The notes under the pieces are model-generated. The model saw only the letters and a list, made by a program, of their open reading frames with translations. It did no database searches and was not told the origin of the DNA. DNA of 32,000 nucleotides, taken from positions 630,001 through 662,000 of the forward strand of contig OY969425.1 in NCBI GenBank assembly GCA_963699255.1, given 5' to 3'. The stretch is from an uncultured bacterium. Its GTDB lineage: Bacteria; Margulisbacteria; WOR-1; CAVSGV01. The translations under genes and the position numbers were made by a program. Numbering within the stretch: position 1 is the first letter of the stretch; the number at the start of each line of letters is the position of its first letter. Below, one piece after another: positions 22,980 to 31,187 of the stretch.

Positions 22980-23642
22980 TTATTTTAACATATAAACGGT
23001 AAAATCTCCCGGGTGGTAATCTTTTCTTATTATATACCTTTCGCAGACGGCTTTTGTCCATTTTATTATTTCTTCTTCGGTAAAATAAACATACTTCTCC
23101 GATTCTGTCTCCATGCCCGGAGGTATCACATATATGGATGACTGCGCCAGGAAGTTCACCGCAGTGCCGAAGTTGCAAAGATTGAACATCCTTGAGATCA
23201 TCCGGTTGACCGAAGCTTTGTGCGAGGAAATGTCCGCCATCCTTATGTTGAAGGCCCCTGAACTCATGACGAAATCGTATTTTTTGCTGAACTTATCGTT
23301 TATCAGATCGACGACCTGAAAGTCAACCCCGGGGAATTTCTTTTGAGCAAAATCGACCATCTTTTTTGAGATGTCGATGCCGGCATATCTGATCTTCAAC
23401 TTTTTGATCAGGCCGTTCGATCCCAGGAACTCGTAGAAATGCCCTATCCCGCATCCCACATCCAGTATGGAAAAATCCACTTCCTTGCGGGAGAAGGGGA
23501 TCATGTCAAGAAGAACGAAGAACCTTACAAGCTGGCTTTCCTTGCTTTTCCAGTCCAGGGACAGGTAATGGTCCCCGTGTTGTTCAAGCAATCCCTCGAA
23601 ATACTTGGCGATCTTTTCTTTCCCGGCGATAGATTCGCTCAC
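22980..23642 (-). CDS. class I SAM-dependent methyltransferase
   Basis: 220 aa. Motif I ILDVGCGIGHF, then YAGIDIS and FDFVMSSGAF. Substrate unknown. Confidence 0.8.
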   Translation of the reverse strand: MSESIAGKEKIAKYFEGLLEQHGDHYLSLDWKSKESQLVRFFVLLDMIPFSRKEVDFSILDVGCGIGHFYEFLGSNGLIKKLKIRYAGIDISKKMVDFAQKKFPGVDFQVVDLINDKFSKKYDFVMSSGAFNIRMADISSHKASVNRMISRMFNLCNFGTAVNFLAQSSIYVIPPGMETESEKYVYFTEEEIIKWTKAVCERYIIRKDYHPGDFTVYMLK

Positions 23643-23661
23643 TTTGTTCGCTCACTATAAA

Positions 23662-24681
23662 TCAAATAAGTCCTTCTTCGATCATTTTTTCGGCTATCAA
23701 GACGGCGTTCGTCGCGGCCCCGCGCCTTAGATTATCGGACACTATCCAGAGGTCGAGCCCGTTCGGTATGGTTATATCTTCCCTTATCCTTCCGACAAAA
23801 GTCTCATCTTTCCCCACGCAGTCGATCGGGGTCGGATAGATCCCTTTTTCAGGGTCATCCATGACCTTTACGGTCGGGAAGCTCTCCAGTATCTCCCTGA
23901 CCTTTTTTACCGATATCTTCCTCTCCGTCTCTATGTTCACCGCTTCGCTGTGGCCGATGACCACCGGCACCCTAACCGTTGTCGCGGTGACCTGGATGCT
24001 CATGTCCCCCATAATCTTTTTTGTCTCGTTCACCATTTTGATCTCTTCCTTCGTGTATCCGCTGGAGGTGAACGAATCTATCTGGGGGATAACATTAAAA
24101 GCTATCTGTTTCGGCAGAACATTCACTTTCGCTTTCTTGCCCGCGAGGACGGCCTTTGTCTGGACAAAGAGCTCATCCACGGCCTCTTTACCCCAGCCGG
24201 AGGTCGACTGATAGGTTGAAACAACTATCCTTTTTATCTTAGCGATATCGTGTATAGGTTTAAGCACCATCAGCATCTGCGCGGTGGAGCAGTTCGGATT
24301 CGCGATTATCCCTTTGTGCCATTTCAGGTCGTAGGCATTCACTTCCGGCACGACAAGCGGGACGCCGGGGTCCATCCTGAAGAAAGAGGTATTATCGATA
24401 ACGACGGCGCCTCTTTTCACGGCCTCGGGGGCCAGTATCTGCGATATTTTCGCTCCGGCGGAGAACAGGCCGATGTCTATCCCCTCGAACGAGCCGGGTT
24501 TCGCCTCCTCAACGGTATATTTTTTCCCTCTGAAGGTCACTTTTGTGCCCGCAGTTCTTGTGGAAGCGAGAGGGAGGAACCTGTCAACGGGGAATTTCCT
24601 CTCCTCCAGGACCTGCATCATTACTTTCCCGACCATTCCGGTCGCTCCAAGGACCGCTACATTATATTTCTTTTTTGCCAT
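23662..24681 (-). CDS. asd: aspartate-semialdehyde dehydrogenase
   Basis: VAVLGATGMVGKVM, NPNCSTAQMLMVLKP (active-site Cys), SGWGK, HSEAVNIE. I prefer ATG 24681 because the AAGGAGAG SD is spaced for it rather than for ATG 24687. Confidence 0.93.
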   Translation of the reverse strand: MAKKKYNVAVLGATGMVGKVMMQVLEERKFPVDRFLPLASTRTAGTKVTFRGKKYTVEEAKPGSFEGIDIGLFSAGAKISQILAPEAVKRGAVVIDNTSFFRMDPGVPLVVPEVNAYDLKWHKGIIANPNCSTAQMLMVLKPIHDIAKIKRIVVSTYQSTSGWGKEAVDELFVQTKAVLAGKKAKVNVLPKQIAFNVIPQIDSFTSSGYTKEEIKMVNETKKIMGDMSIQVTATTVRVPVVIGHSEAVNIETERKISVKKVREILESFPTVKVMDDPEKGIYPTPIDCVGKDETFVGRIREDITIPNGLDLWIVSDNLRRGAATNAVLIAEKMIEEGLI

Positions 24682-24713
24682 GTTCATCTCTCCTTCTATT
24701 TTTGGAAGTTGTA

Positions 24714-24742
24714 ATTATAGCGTATATGCGGGGATTTTTCAA
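24714..24742 (-). promoter_or_regulatory. near-consensus sigma70-type promoter of the asd operon
   Basis: On the minus strand: TTGAAA (24742..24737), 17 nt spacer, TATAAT (24719..24714), about 30 nt upstream of the asd ATG. Confidence 0.55.
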
Positions 24743-24832
24743 AATGCTTTCAGGTAGCGCAGAAAACCGCGAGAATAAATCCAGAAGGAACGAAGAAACG
24801 GATTATTGGGGTAAAACTGATCCCGGTTTTAG

Positions 24833-25150
24833 TTATTTTACAGGCAGAATGATCGTGAAAGTGCTTCCCTCGCCGAGCTTGCTTTTTACCTGAATTGTGC
24901 CGTCATTCACCTCAACAAGCACCTTGCTCACCCGAAGGCCTAAACCATTTCCGATCTCATCATTTGTTCCATATGATCTAATATTATCAGGTTTCTCCTT
25001 CATATCGAATAGTTTGGCCACCTTTTCCGGCGACATCCCCATGCCTGTATCTTCCACCGATATTACGACATGCCCATCCACCCTATTCGCGAAGATTTTT
25101 ACCTCTCCCCCGCTAGTGAATTTAATAGCGTTAGAAACGAAATTCCCCAA
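24833..25150 (-). CDS. histidine kinase ATP-binding domain (HATPase_c); 3' part of a frameshifted kinase gene
   Basis: N box (GNFVSNAIKFT), G1 (VEDTGMGM), G2 (GNGLGLRVS) and TFTIILP. The ORF-track start is only a TTG. The frame stays open and homologous upstream (GPGIIGAVLGNFVSNAIKF). Confidence 0.88.
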   Translation of the reverse strand: MGNFVSNAIKFTSGGEVKIFANRVDGHVVISVEDTGMGMSPEKVAKLFDMKEKPDNIRSYGTNDEIGNGLGLRVSKVLVEVNDGTIQVKSKLGEGSTFTIILPVK

Positions 25151-26301
25151 TACCGCCCCGATAATCCCCGGGCCCCTGTAATAACGAGATTTCTTGGAAC
25201 CAAATTCTTCAACTCCACTTTTTTCATGCCAGCGGGAATCTTCGCAATATCCAGCACGGAACCAACAGTATCGAAAAGATTCAGCTTTGTAAGCATGCGT
25301 TCGATTGATGTCGCTTCTTTCAACGAATTCAACTGATCAAGCAATGGGAGGCTGCTCTTAGCGGAAAACTCAATGGCTTCAAAGCAACTGCCAAGTGTAT
25401 TATAATCTTCCTCAATATTTTTATCTTTCCAGTCCATATCAATTAATTGGCACATACCCATTATGCCATTGAATGGGGTTTTCAGATCATGCACCATAAG
25501 GTTGAATAATCTTGCCTTTGTTTTAAGCTCCTCCCGCAGTTTTTTGTTTTCCAACACATATTTATACGGCCCCTCAAGGAGCTTGTCCGAGGTTTTCTTG
25601 AAATCGTCGATCATCTCTTCAATTTTACTTTTATATGTCGTTGAAGGATTGAACAGGTTCGCGAATTTCAACATTGTCCCCAATACTGACAACTTAAATA
25701 TTTTCAACCTGGCTGTGCCAAGGTCCCTTGACCGCCAGTACCGAAACGCGGACGGGGTATTAATGTTCATCTTTTCATTCGTCGGCATTGAACCAGGAAT
25801 GGGTTGCCCGAATGCGTTTCCTTCTGTTTGCGATTTTCCCCATTCGGTCAAGTGGGCAACTATGTGTTCATAGGTGCTCTTGGTCAGGCTTGAAATGATC
25901 CCCAACTGCTCGCGAACCTTATCAATATCTTCTTTTGTGAAATCAGTATACTTCTTTGCCAGGAGACTGCTAATAATATTGCCGGGAGCGGAAACCCCAT
26001 TATCTGAGCCCAGTATAACATCGACAGGTTTTTTTAAGTTAACTAACATGCCGCCAAAGAATTCTTTCTGCTTATTAATCTCTTCCTTTAGCGTTTGATT
26101 TTCAGCTATTATGGACTGAAAGGGTGCCGTAAGAAGCTTTCCCTTCTTTTCATCCAGGCCATCGATCTTCTTTTGCAGTGTTTCCGAACGAAAGATCTTA
26201 TTCACGGCCCTATAAGCGTTTTGCTTCAGTGAATTCCGAAGTATTTTCACGCCTAAATTGCGAGTTGTGTTTATATTTATCTTATTGATATCTGCTACCA
26301 T
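25099..26301 (-). CDS. histidine kinase N-terminal region plus HisKA dimerisation/phospho-acceptor domain; 5' part of the frameshifted gene
   Basis: H box LMVHDLKTPFNGIMG. About 270 aa upstream are predicted soluble and coiled-coil-rich with no TM helix. The tail ...GARGLSGRYWGISFLTLLNSLAGER* is out-of-frame sequence. Confidence 0.85.
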   Translation of the reverse strand: MVADINKININTTRNLGVKILRNSLKQNAYRAVNKIFRSETLQKKIDGLDEKKGKLLTAPFQSIIAENQTLKEEINKQKEFFGGMLVNLKKPVDVILGSDNGVSAPGNIISSLLAKKYTDFTKEDIDKVREQLGIISSLTKSTYEHIVAHLTEWGKSQTEGNAFGQPIPGSMPTNEKMNINTPSAFRYWRSRDLGTARLKIFKLSVLGTMLKFANLFNPSTTYKSKIEEMIDDFKKTSDKLLEGPYKYVLENKKLREELKTKARLFNLMVHDLKTPFNGIMGMCQLIDMDWKDKNIEEDYNTLGSCFEAIEFSAKSSLPLLDQLNSLKEATSIERMLTKLNLFDTVGSVLDIAKIPAGMKKVELKNLVPRNLVITGARGLSGRYWGISFLTLLNSLAGER

Positions 26302-26457
26302 TTCCCTTTCCCCCTTGAGATAAGAGATATGAATGATCGACTCATTTTCGACCCTTCATTCCCTTCTACAGTATTATCGACAAATTTGCCCTGAAATTTC
26401 ACTGAATTTCATGAATGTTTTAGGGTAGGATACGGGCGCGGCGAACCCTGAAATGCC

Positions 26458-28227
26458 TTATTTGCTGCGGATCACACTGAGGATGAACCTGGGCAGGACC
26501 ATCATCCTTCTCCATCTTCCCGGCTCCTGGATAAGCCTCCAAAACCACTCAATCCCGGCCTTGCGCATGAAAATCGGCGCTCTCCTGACGCGGCCGGCTA
26601 TGACGTCAAAGCTTCCCCCAACGCACATAACAAGGGGAACGTCGAGCTCTTTTATGTGTTTTGCCGCCCATTTTTCCTGTCTGGGGCTTCCCATCCCCAC
26701 AAAAAGAATGTCCGGCTTTGCTTTTTTTATACTGTCCATGACAAGCTGTTCGTTCATCGAATATCCGTGGAAAGTACCTACCACATTGGCTTTTAGAGCC
26801 TGGGCTGCCTTCTCCGCTACGCCTTCCCTGCCTCCCAAAAGGAACAATCTATATCCCTTTCCTCTTGATACATCCGCCAGCTTCAGCATCATGTCTATCC
26901 CGGCGATCCTCTGCTTGAACCTTTTGCCGATGATCCTTCCCGCGATCATAAGGCCGATGCCGTCGGCGATCGAAAGATAAGCGCCGTTGATTATGTTCGT
27001 TAATTCAACATCCCGCTGCGATGACATTATCATCTCGGGATTGGGGGTAACTATCAGGCCGGTGCTTTTTGATGTTATCAGGTCTTCCGCCTTTTTTACC
27101 GCTTCATCCATTGTCATGTTGTCGATCTCAACGCCGAGGACCCGCACCCTGTTATTTTTAAGGACTTCCATTAAAAGGACAATGTTCTCCCCTGCGACGT
27201 TTGAAAGCCCTTCGACCCCGACCGTAACCGCGCTTGGTTCATCAATAAATGCGCTGACCGCACTTATAAGGTCGGCCTCTTTCAGGTCGTTGAAATCAAG
27301 CCACTTCCAGCCCGTTGATCTCTGGAAGCTTTCGACTTTCGGGTCGTAAGACAGGCCGAAACCCGGCGTTCCGGCCATAGAAGAAAATATCAGGCTGTGA
27401 AGCCTCATCCCGACCAGGGCGTCAAAGGATGAGATAACATCCAGCATCTCCGCGGGGGTGCATCGCCTCAGAAGGATGTGCGCCGGATATTTCATGAAGC
27501 CCATTACCCGATCGATGGCGTCCATATCGTCCGGATACTTGAATATCAAGAACACTATCTGAGAATCTTTTTCCTTTATCAGATGGTCGCATAGAGCGGC
27601 GACAGCTTTATATTTCGAGGCGGGATCCCTGACCTTTACAGGCGGGCGAAGAGCGACACCTATCAGGCGGGACCTGCATTTATTGATCCCCTCGATCTCA
27701 AGGAGTTTTTTCCCGTTCTCCTTGTCCGGGGAACCGAGAAGAAAAGACAGGTCCGCGGTCAGAACAAGCTTTTTGGGCTTCGCGCCTATGCTTATCAGCT
27801 CTTTAAGGGATATCTCATCACGGACAGAGACCAGGTCCACGTTCTTCAGGGCTCTCCTTAACAGCGACTTATTGCGGACGGGTCCTATCCCCTGCCCGAG
27901 CAGGATGGTTTTTTTCCTGAGATGCTTCGCCAGAAAGATCAAAAGCGAATAATAAAAAAGGCTCCTTGCGCTTGTCGAGTCCTGTAACAAGCCGCCCCCT
28001 CCAAGCACAAAGGCATCGCAGCTCGCCAGTTCTTTCAAGATATGGAAAAGAGAATATTTATGCACGGAATCTATGTTATACGACCTTGATGTTCCAAGGG
28101 GGTCATCCGAAAGGGCCGTGATCTTCCCGTAGGGGAATTCCTTCCTCAGCCGCGATACCAGGGCCTGTAATATCGCTTCATCACCGATGTTCCCGCTCCC
28201 AAAATAACCGGCAAGAAGCAGTTTCAT
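26458..28227 (-). CDS. fusion protein: polysaccharide pyruvyl transferase (CsaB-like) N-terminal, WecB/TagA/CpsF (GT26) glycosyltransferase C-terminal
   Basis: The true start is ATG 28227 (ATGA overlap with the upstream gene), not the ORF-track start at 28428. The N-terminal roughly 360 aa (MKLLLAGYFGSGNIGDEAIL...VLGGGGLLQD...GMRLHSLIF) look CsaB-like. From about 27150 the sequence VRVLGVEIDNMTMDEAV...TPNPEMI...LLGG...FVGMGSPRQEKW...GGSFDVIAG...RAP...GIEWFWRL is TagA/WecG-like. Confidence 0.82.
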   Translation of the reverse strand: MKLLLAGYFGSGNIGDEAILQALVSRLRKEFPYGKITALSDDPLGTSRSYNIDSVHKYSLFHILKELASCDAFVLGGGGLLQDSTSARSLFYYSLLIFLAKHLRKKTILLGQGIGPVRNKSLLRRALKNVDLVSVRDEISLKELISIGAKPKKLVLTADLSFLLGSPDKENGKKLLEIEGINKCRSRLIGVALRPPVKVRDPASKYKAVAALCDHLIKEKDSQIVFLIFKYPDDMDAIDRVMGFMKYPAHILLRRCTPAEMLDVISSFDALVGMRLHSLIFSSMAGTPGFGLSYDPKVESFQRSTGWKWLDFNDLKEADLISAVSAFIDEPSAVTVGVEGLSNVAGENIVLLMEVLKNNRVRVLGVEIDNMTMDEAVKKAEDLITSKSTGLIVTPNPEMIMSSQRDVELTNIINGAYLSIADGIGLMIAGRIIGKRFKQRIAGIDMMLKLADVSRGKGYRLFLLGGREGVAEKAAQALKANVVGTFHGYSMNEQLVMDSIKKAKPDILFVGMGSPRQEKWAAKHIKELDVPLVMCVGGSFDVIAGRVRRAPIFMRKAGIEWFWRLIQEPGRWRRMMVLPRFILSVIRSK

Positions 28228-29957
28228 TTTATCAGCGCTTCGATCCTCGGTCGGGCCGCGTTCCACGCGAGGTAAAGAAAATAGGCGGCTATGCCCAGGG
28301 CAATGCCAAGTATCAGGCCGACGCAGGACCTGACCAGCGTCACCACGATCGGAGTGTGAATGTGGCAAAAAGAATTCACCATGGATACGGGAGCAAGGAC
28401 CCCGGCGGAAAGCCACAACCACAGCCATTTGTTCCCGCCCTTTATGTAATAGACGGCGCCCAATATGATCGCGGGATAACCGATAAGGAATTCCTTCGTC
28501 CTGGGCCTGATGAACAACAGGTTCTCAAGAAGCTCTCTGCCGTGTTTTTCAAGCCCGGTCACCGGAAGGCCGAAATTCCCGCTCCTTAATATGAACAGCA
28601 CCCCGCAGGCGGCCGCGAGCAGGAACAGGACAGCGTGGATTATCTTTATATTGACGTTCAGGAGTTCTTTAAGCCTGGACACGGATGTTCTTAAGTCCAG
28701 GGTCTCTGCATTTTCCCTCCTCAAAAAGAAATATGCCGCGACGATCAACAAAGGAAGAACAAGGGCTATTTTCACTCCCGTGAACGCGTCAATGCCGAGC
28801 ATGTGCACGCTGTCCGACAAGAGAGCGGCGATGAACATCGCTCCCATAGCCGTGATCCCGGCTATGAACATAGTGATCGATACGGCTTTTGAAACCACAC
28901 CCACGGCAAAAGGCTCCCTCTTGGAGGGGAAGAGCGATATCATAGCGTATGTCGGAAAAACAACGGCGGAGGCCAGAGCCAGAAGCTTTACCGGCAATAC
29001 GCCGAACAAAGCCAATATCAGGATCGAAGCAAAAAAGTTCACGGGTATGAAGTAATGAACAAGCAATATGGCCCCGCTCGCGATGCCGAACGCGATAAAG
29101 ATCCGCTCCAGCCCGCTCAGCGATACTCTTTGAGGCACGGAGGCCTGGCCTATATCAAAACCGAGCGCCATAAGTTCCTGTTTTAGTCCCTTTACAAAAG
29201 ACAAGTTGGTCCCGATCAGATCTTTTCCGGCATCGGGATATTGGATCAGATGGACATAAAGTATCCTGACAGCCCTCTCTTTCGCCGCCCGGACAAATCT
29301 GCTCGCGGCTTCGTCCTGAGACATTTTCTCAAGTTCATCCGGCGGGATGCTGTGGACCTTTACCAGGTCTCCCCCCATGTAAGAAGCAAGCGTGCTGTCC
29401 CCCGATTGCTTGCCGAACTCTATGATCCCGTATTTCAGCTTGCTCGCTTTCAACGCAGCGGCCGTTTCTTTTAAATAATTCGGGTATCCGAGGACTTCCT
29501 CTTCATCAAATATGACGGTGTCAAAAGCTGAAATGTCCTTTATCTTCTGGCTTATCACCGGACCGCTCATGTTATAAACGTTCCTCAGCCTCGGAATGAT
29601 CCTGAGGCCGGAGTCCCGGACGATATTGATCCTGTTCACCGAAATGCCCCTGCCCGGAAAATACAGGTTGACCTTATTCGGGTCCAGTCCGGCCGTAAGG
29701 TTCGGGTCCAGATCGGTCGGCACGTCTTCGGTCAGCGCGACAGCAGAAATCCCGGCATCCCTGAACCGGGCAAGCAAAGACCCCGCTGAAATTTCCTTAA
29801 CGACCGAGAGCCTTTCTATATCGCTGAAGTCAGCCGCGATCTCGACGCGGTTGTTCGCCTTTTCAGCGCCGATCCTTTCGTAGATGACAAAAGCGGAAAC
29901 GGCTATGGCCGCCAGAAGGGCTATCATTATCAGAAGAACAACGTTCCTGTCTTTCAT
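28224..29957 (-). CDS. large polytopic membrane protein with an N-terminal extracytoplasmic domain (possibly DUF5693-like); function unknown
   Basis: 577 aa. GGGGAGG SD. An N-terminal signal-anchor is followed by a soluble region of about 260 aa, then about 9 hydrophobic helices. It is translationally coupled (ATGA) to the CsaB::TagA gene. The family assignment is from memory only. Confidence 0.6.
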   Translation of the reverse strand: MKDRNVVLLIMIALLAAIAVSAFVIYERIGAEKANNRVEIAADFSDIERLSVVKEISAGSLLARFRDAGISAVALTEDVPTDLDPNLTAGLDPNKVNLYFPGRGISVNRINIVRDSGLRIIPRLRNVYNMSGPVISQKIKDISAFDTVIFDEEEVLGYPNYLKETAAALKASKLKYGIIEFGKQSGDSTLASYMGGDLVKVHSIPPDELEKMSQDEAASRFVRAAKERAVRILYVHLIQYPDAGKDLIGTNLSFVKGLKQELMALGFDIGQASVPQRVSLSGLERIFIAFGIASGAILLVHYFIPVNFFASILILALFGVLPVKLLALASAVVFPTYAMISLFPSKREPFAVGVVSKAVSITMFIAGITAMGAMFIAALLSDSVHMLGIDAFTGVKIALVLPLLIVAAYFFLRRENAETLDLRTSVSRLKELLNVNIKIIHAVLFLLAAACGVLFILRSGNFGLPVTGLEKHGRELLENLLFIRPRTKEFLIGYPAIILGAVYYIKGGNKWLWLWLSAGVLAPVSMVNSFCHIHTPIVVTLVRSCVGLILGIALGIAAYFLYLAWNAARPRIEALIK

Positions 29958-29973
29958 TTTATTTCCTCCCCGT

Positions 29974-31086
29974 TCACCCCGACCGTAGCGTCGGGGACTT
30001 TAAAAATGCCTCTATGAACACATCTATATTTCCGTCTATCACCTTCTGGACATCGCTTACCTCCGCGCCGGTCCTGTGGTCCTTTACCATGGTATATGGG
30101 GCAAAAACATACGACCTTATCTGGTTCCCCCATCCGATCTCGCGCCTCTGCCCCCTCAGCTCTTCTATCTTTTCCTTCCTTTCCTCAAGGAGCATCTCAT
30201 ATAGTTTTGCCTTCATGATCTTCATCGCGGCTTCCCTGTTCGCGTGCTGGGAGCGGTCTGACTGGCTCTGCGTCACGATACCCGTCGGAACATGGGTTAT
30301 CCTTATTGCCGAGCTTACCTTATTCACGTTCTGGCCGCCGGGACCGCTTGCCCTGAAGGTATCTACGCGCAGGTCCGCCGGGTTTATCTCAACCTTGATA
30401 TCTTCAGTTATTTCAGGGATCACTTCAACGGAAGCGAAAGAAGTATGGCGCTTGCCGTCAGCGTTAAACGGCGACATCCTCACGAGCCTGTGGATCCCTT
30501 TTTCCGCCTTAAGATATCCGTAGGCATACAGCCCCGACACGATAACGGTGGCGCCTTTTATGCCCGCCTCTTCGCCGTAAGAAATATCCGGCATCTCAAC
30601 GCCGTATCCTTTTGATTCCGCCCACCTGCCGTACATCCTGAGCAGTATCTGCGCCCAGTCCTGCGCGTCGGTGCCGCCCGCCCCGGCGTTTATCGATACT
30701 ATCGCGCTGTTCTTGTCATACTCTCCCGCCATAAGGGTCATGAGCTCAAGAGAAGATATGTCGCCTGTTAGCCCCGTCAGGTCCTGGGAGAGATCTTTTT
30801 CCGCCGATTCAAGTTTCTCCTCAACGGCCGTGTCTACAAGAACGGACAGGTCTTCCGCTTTTGTTCTCAGCTTTTTCCATGAAGCGACCTGATCTTCAAG
30901 GGACTTCAGCTCCCGCAGCAGCTTCTGCGCTTCCTGAGCGTCCTTCCAGAGGTCGGCACCTGATGTTTTCATATGAAGCTCTTTTATCTTTGCTTCCTTG
31001 TTCTCTATATCAAGAAGCTTTGAAAGCTCGCCGACTTTTTTTTGCGCGGAATCTATTTTACTTTTTAATTCGTCCAACATTTGCAC
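29974..31086 (-). CDS. prfB: peptide chain release factor 2 (single uninterrupted frame)
   Basis: 370 aa. SPF tripeptide (RMSPFNADGKRHTSFASV), GGQ (SGPGGQNVNKV), and RF2-type N-terminal helices. The ORF-track start is GTG 31086. ATG 31080 is an equally good alternative. Confidence 0.93.
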   Translation of the reverse strand: MQMLDELKSKIDSAQKKVGELSKLLDIENKEAKIKELHMKTSGADLWKDAQEAQKLLRELKSLEDQVASWKKLRTKAEDLSVLVDTAVEEKLESAEKDLSQDLTGLTGDISSLELMTLMAGEYDKNSAIVSINAGAGGTDAQDWAQILLRMYGRWAESKGYGVEMPDISYGEEAGIKGATVIVSGLYAYGYLKAEKGIHRLVRMSPFNADGKRHTSFASVEVIPEITEDIKVEINPADLRVDTFRASGPGGQNVNKVSSAIRITHVPTGIVTQSQSDRSQHANREAAMKIMKAKLYEMLLEERKEKIEELRGQRREIGWGNQIRSYVFAPYTMVKDHRTGAEVSDVQKVIDGNIDVFIEAFLKSPTLRSG

Positions 31087-31129
31087 ATCCCGTTTCGCGG
31101 AGATAAACTCCGCTCTTCCAATCTACAAA

Positions 31130-31181
31130 GCAGAGCTTGCCCCGCAGAGATGCTCCGCATTCTTGCGGGGCTTGCCTCTGC
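31130..31181 (-). terminator. GC-rich composite hairpin downstream of the protease gene
   Basis: Inner 8-bp stem GCCCCGCA/TGCGGGGC (31139..31146 with 31164..31171). Outer 6-bp stem GCAGAG/CTCTGC (31130..31135 with 31176..31181). It starts 7 nt after the protease stop. The U tract on the minus strand is weak. Confidence 0.5.
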
Positions 31182-31187
31182 GAAGCT

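Noticed and set aside
4537-25180. Alternative genetic code or programmed recoding as the explanation for the broken genes.
   Set aside because: The breaks are frame changes, not in-frame stops. TGA clearly terminates genes here: there are ATGA and TAATG coupled junctions, and RF2 is present. No shared slippery heptamer or stimulatory structure is seen at the sites.
30990-31086. The programmed +1 frameshift site of prfB (CTT TGA C with an upstream SD-like element).
   Set aside because: The RF2 frame is continuous from the start codon. There is no in-frame TGA near codon 25, and the N-terminal helices align in a single frame.
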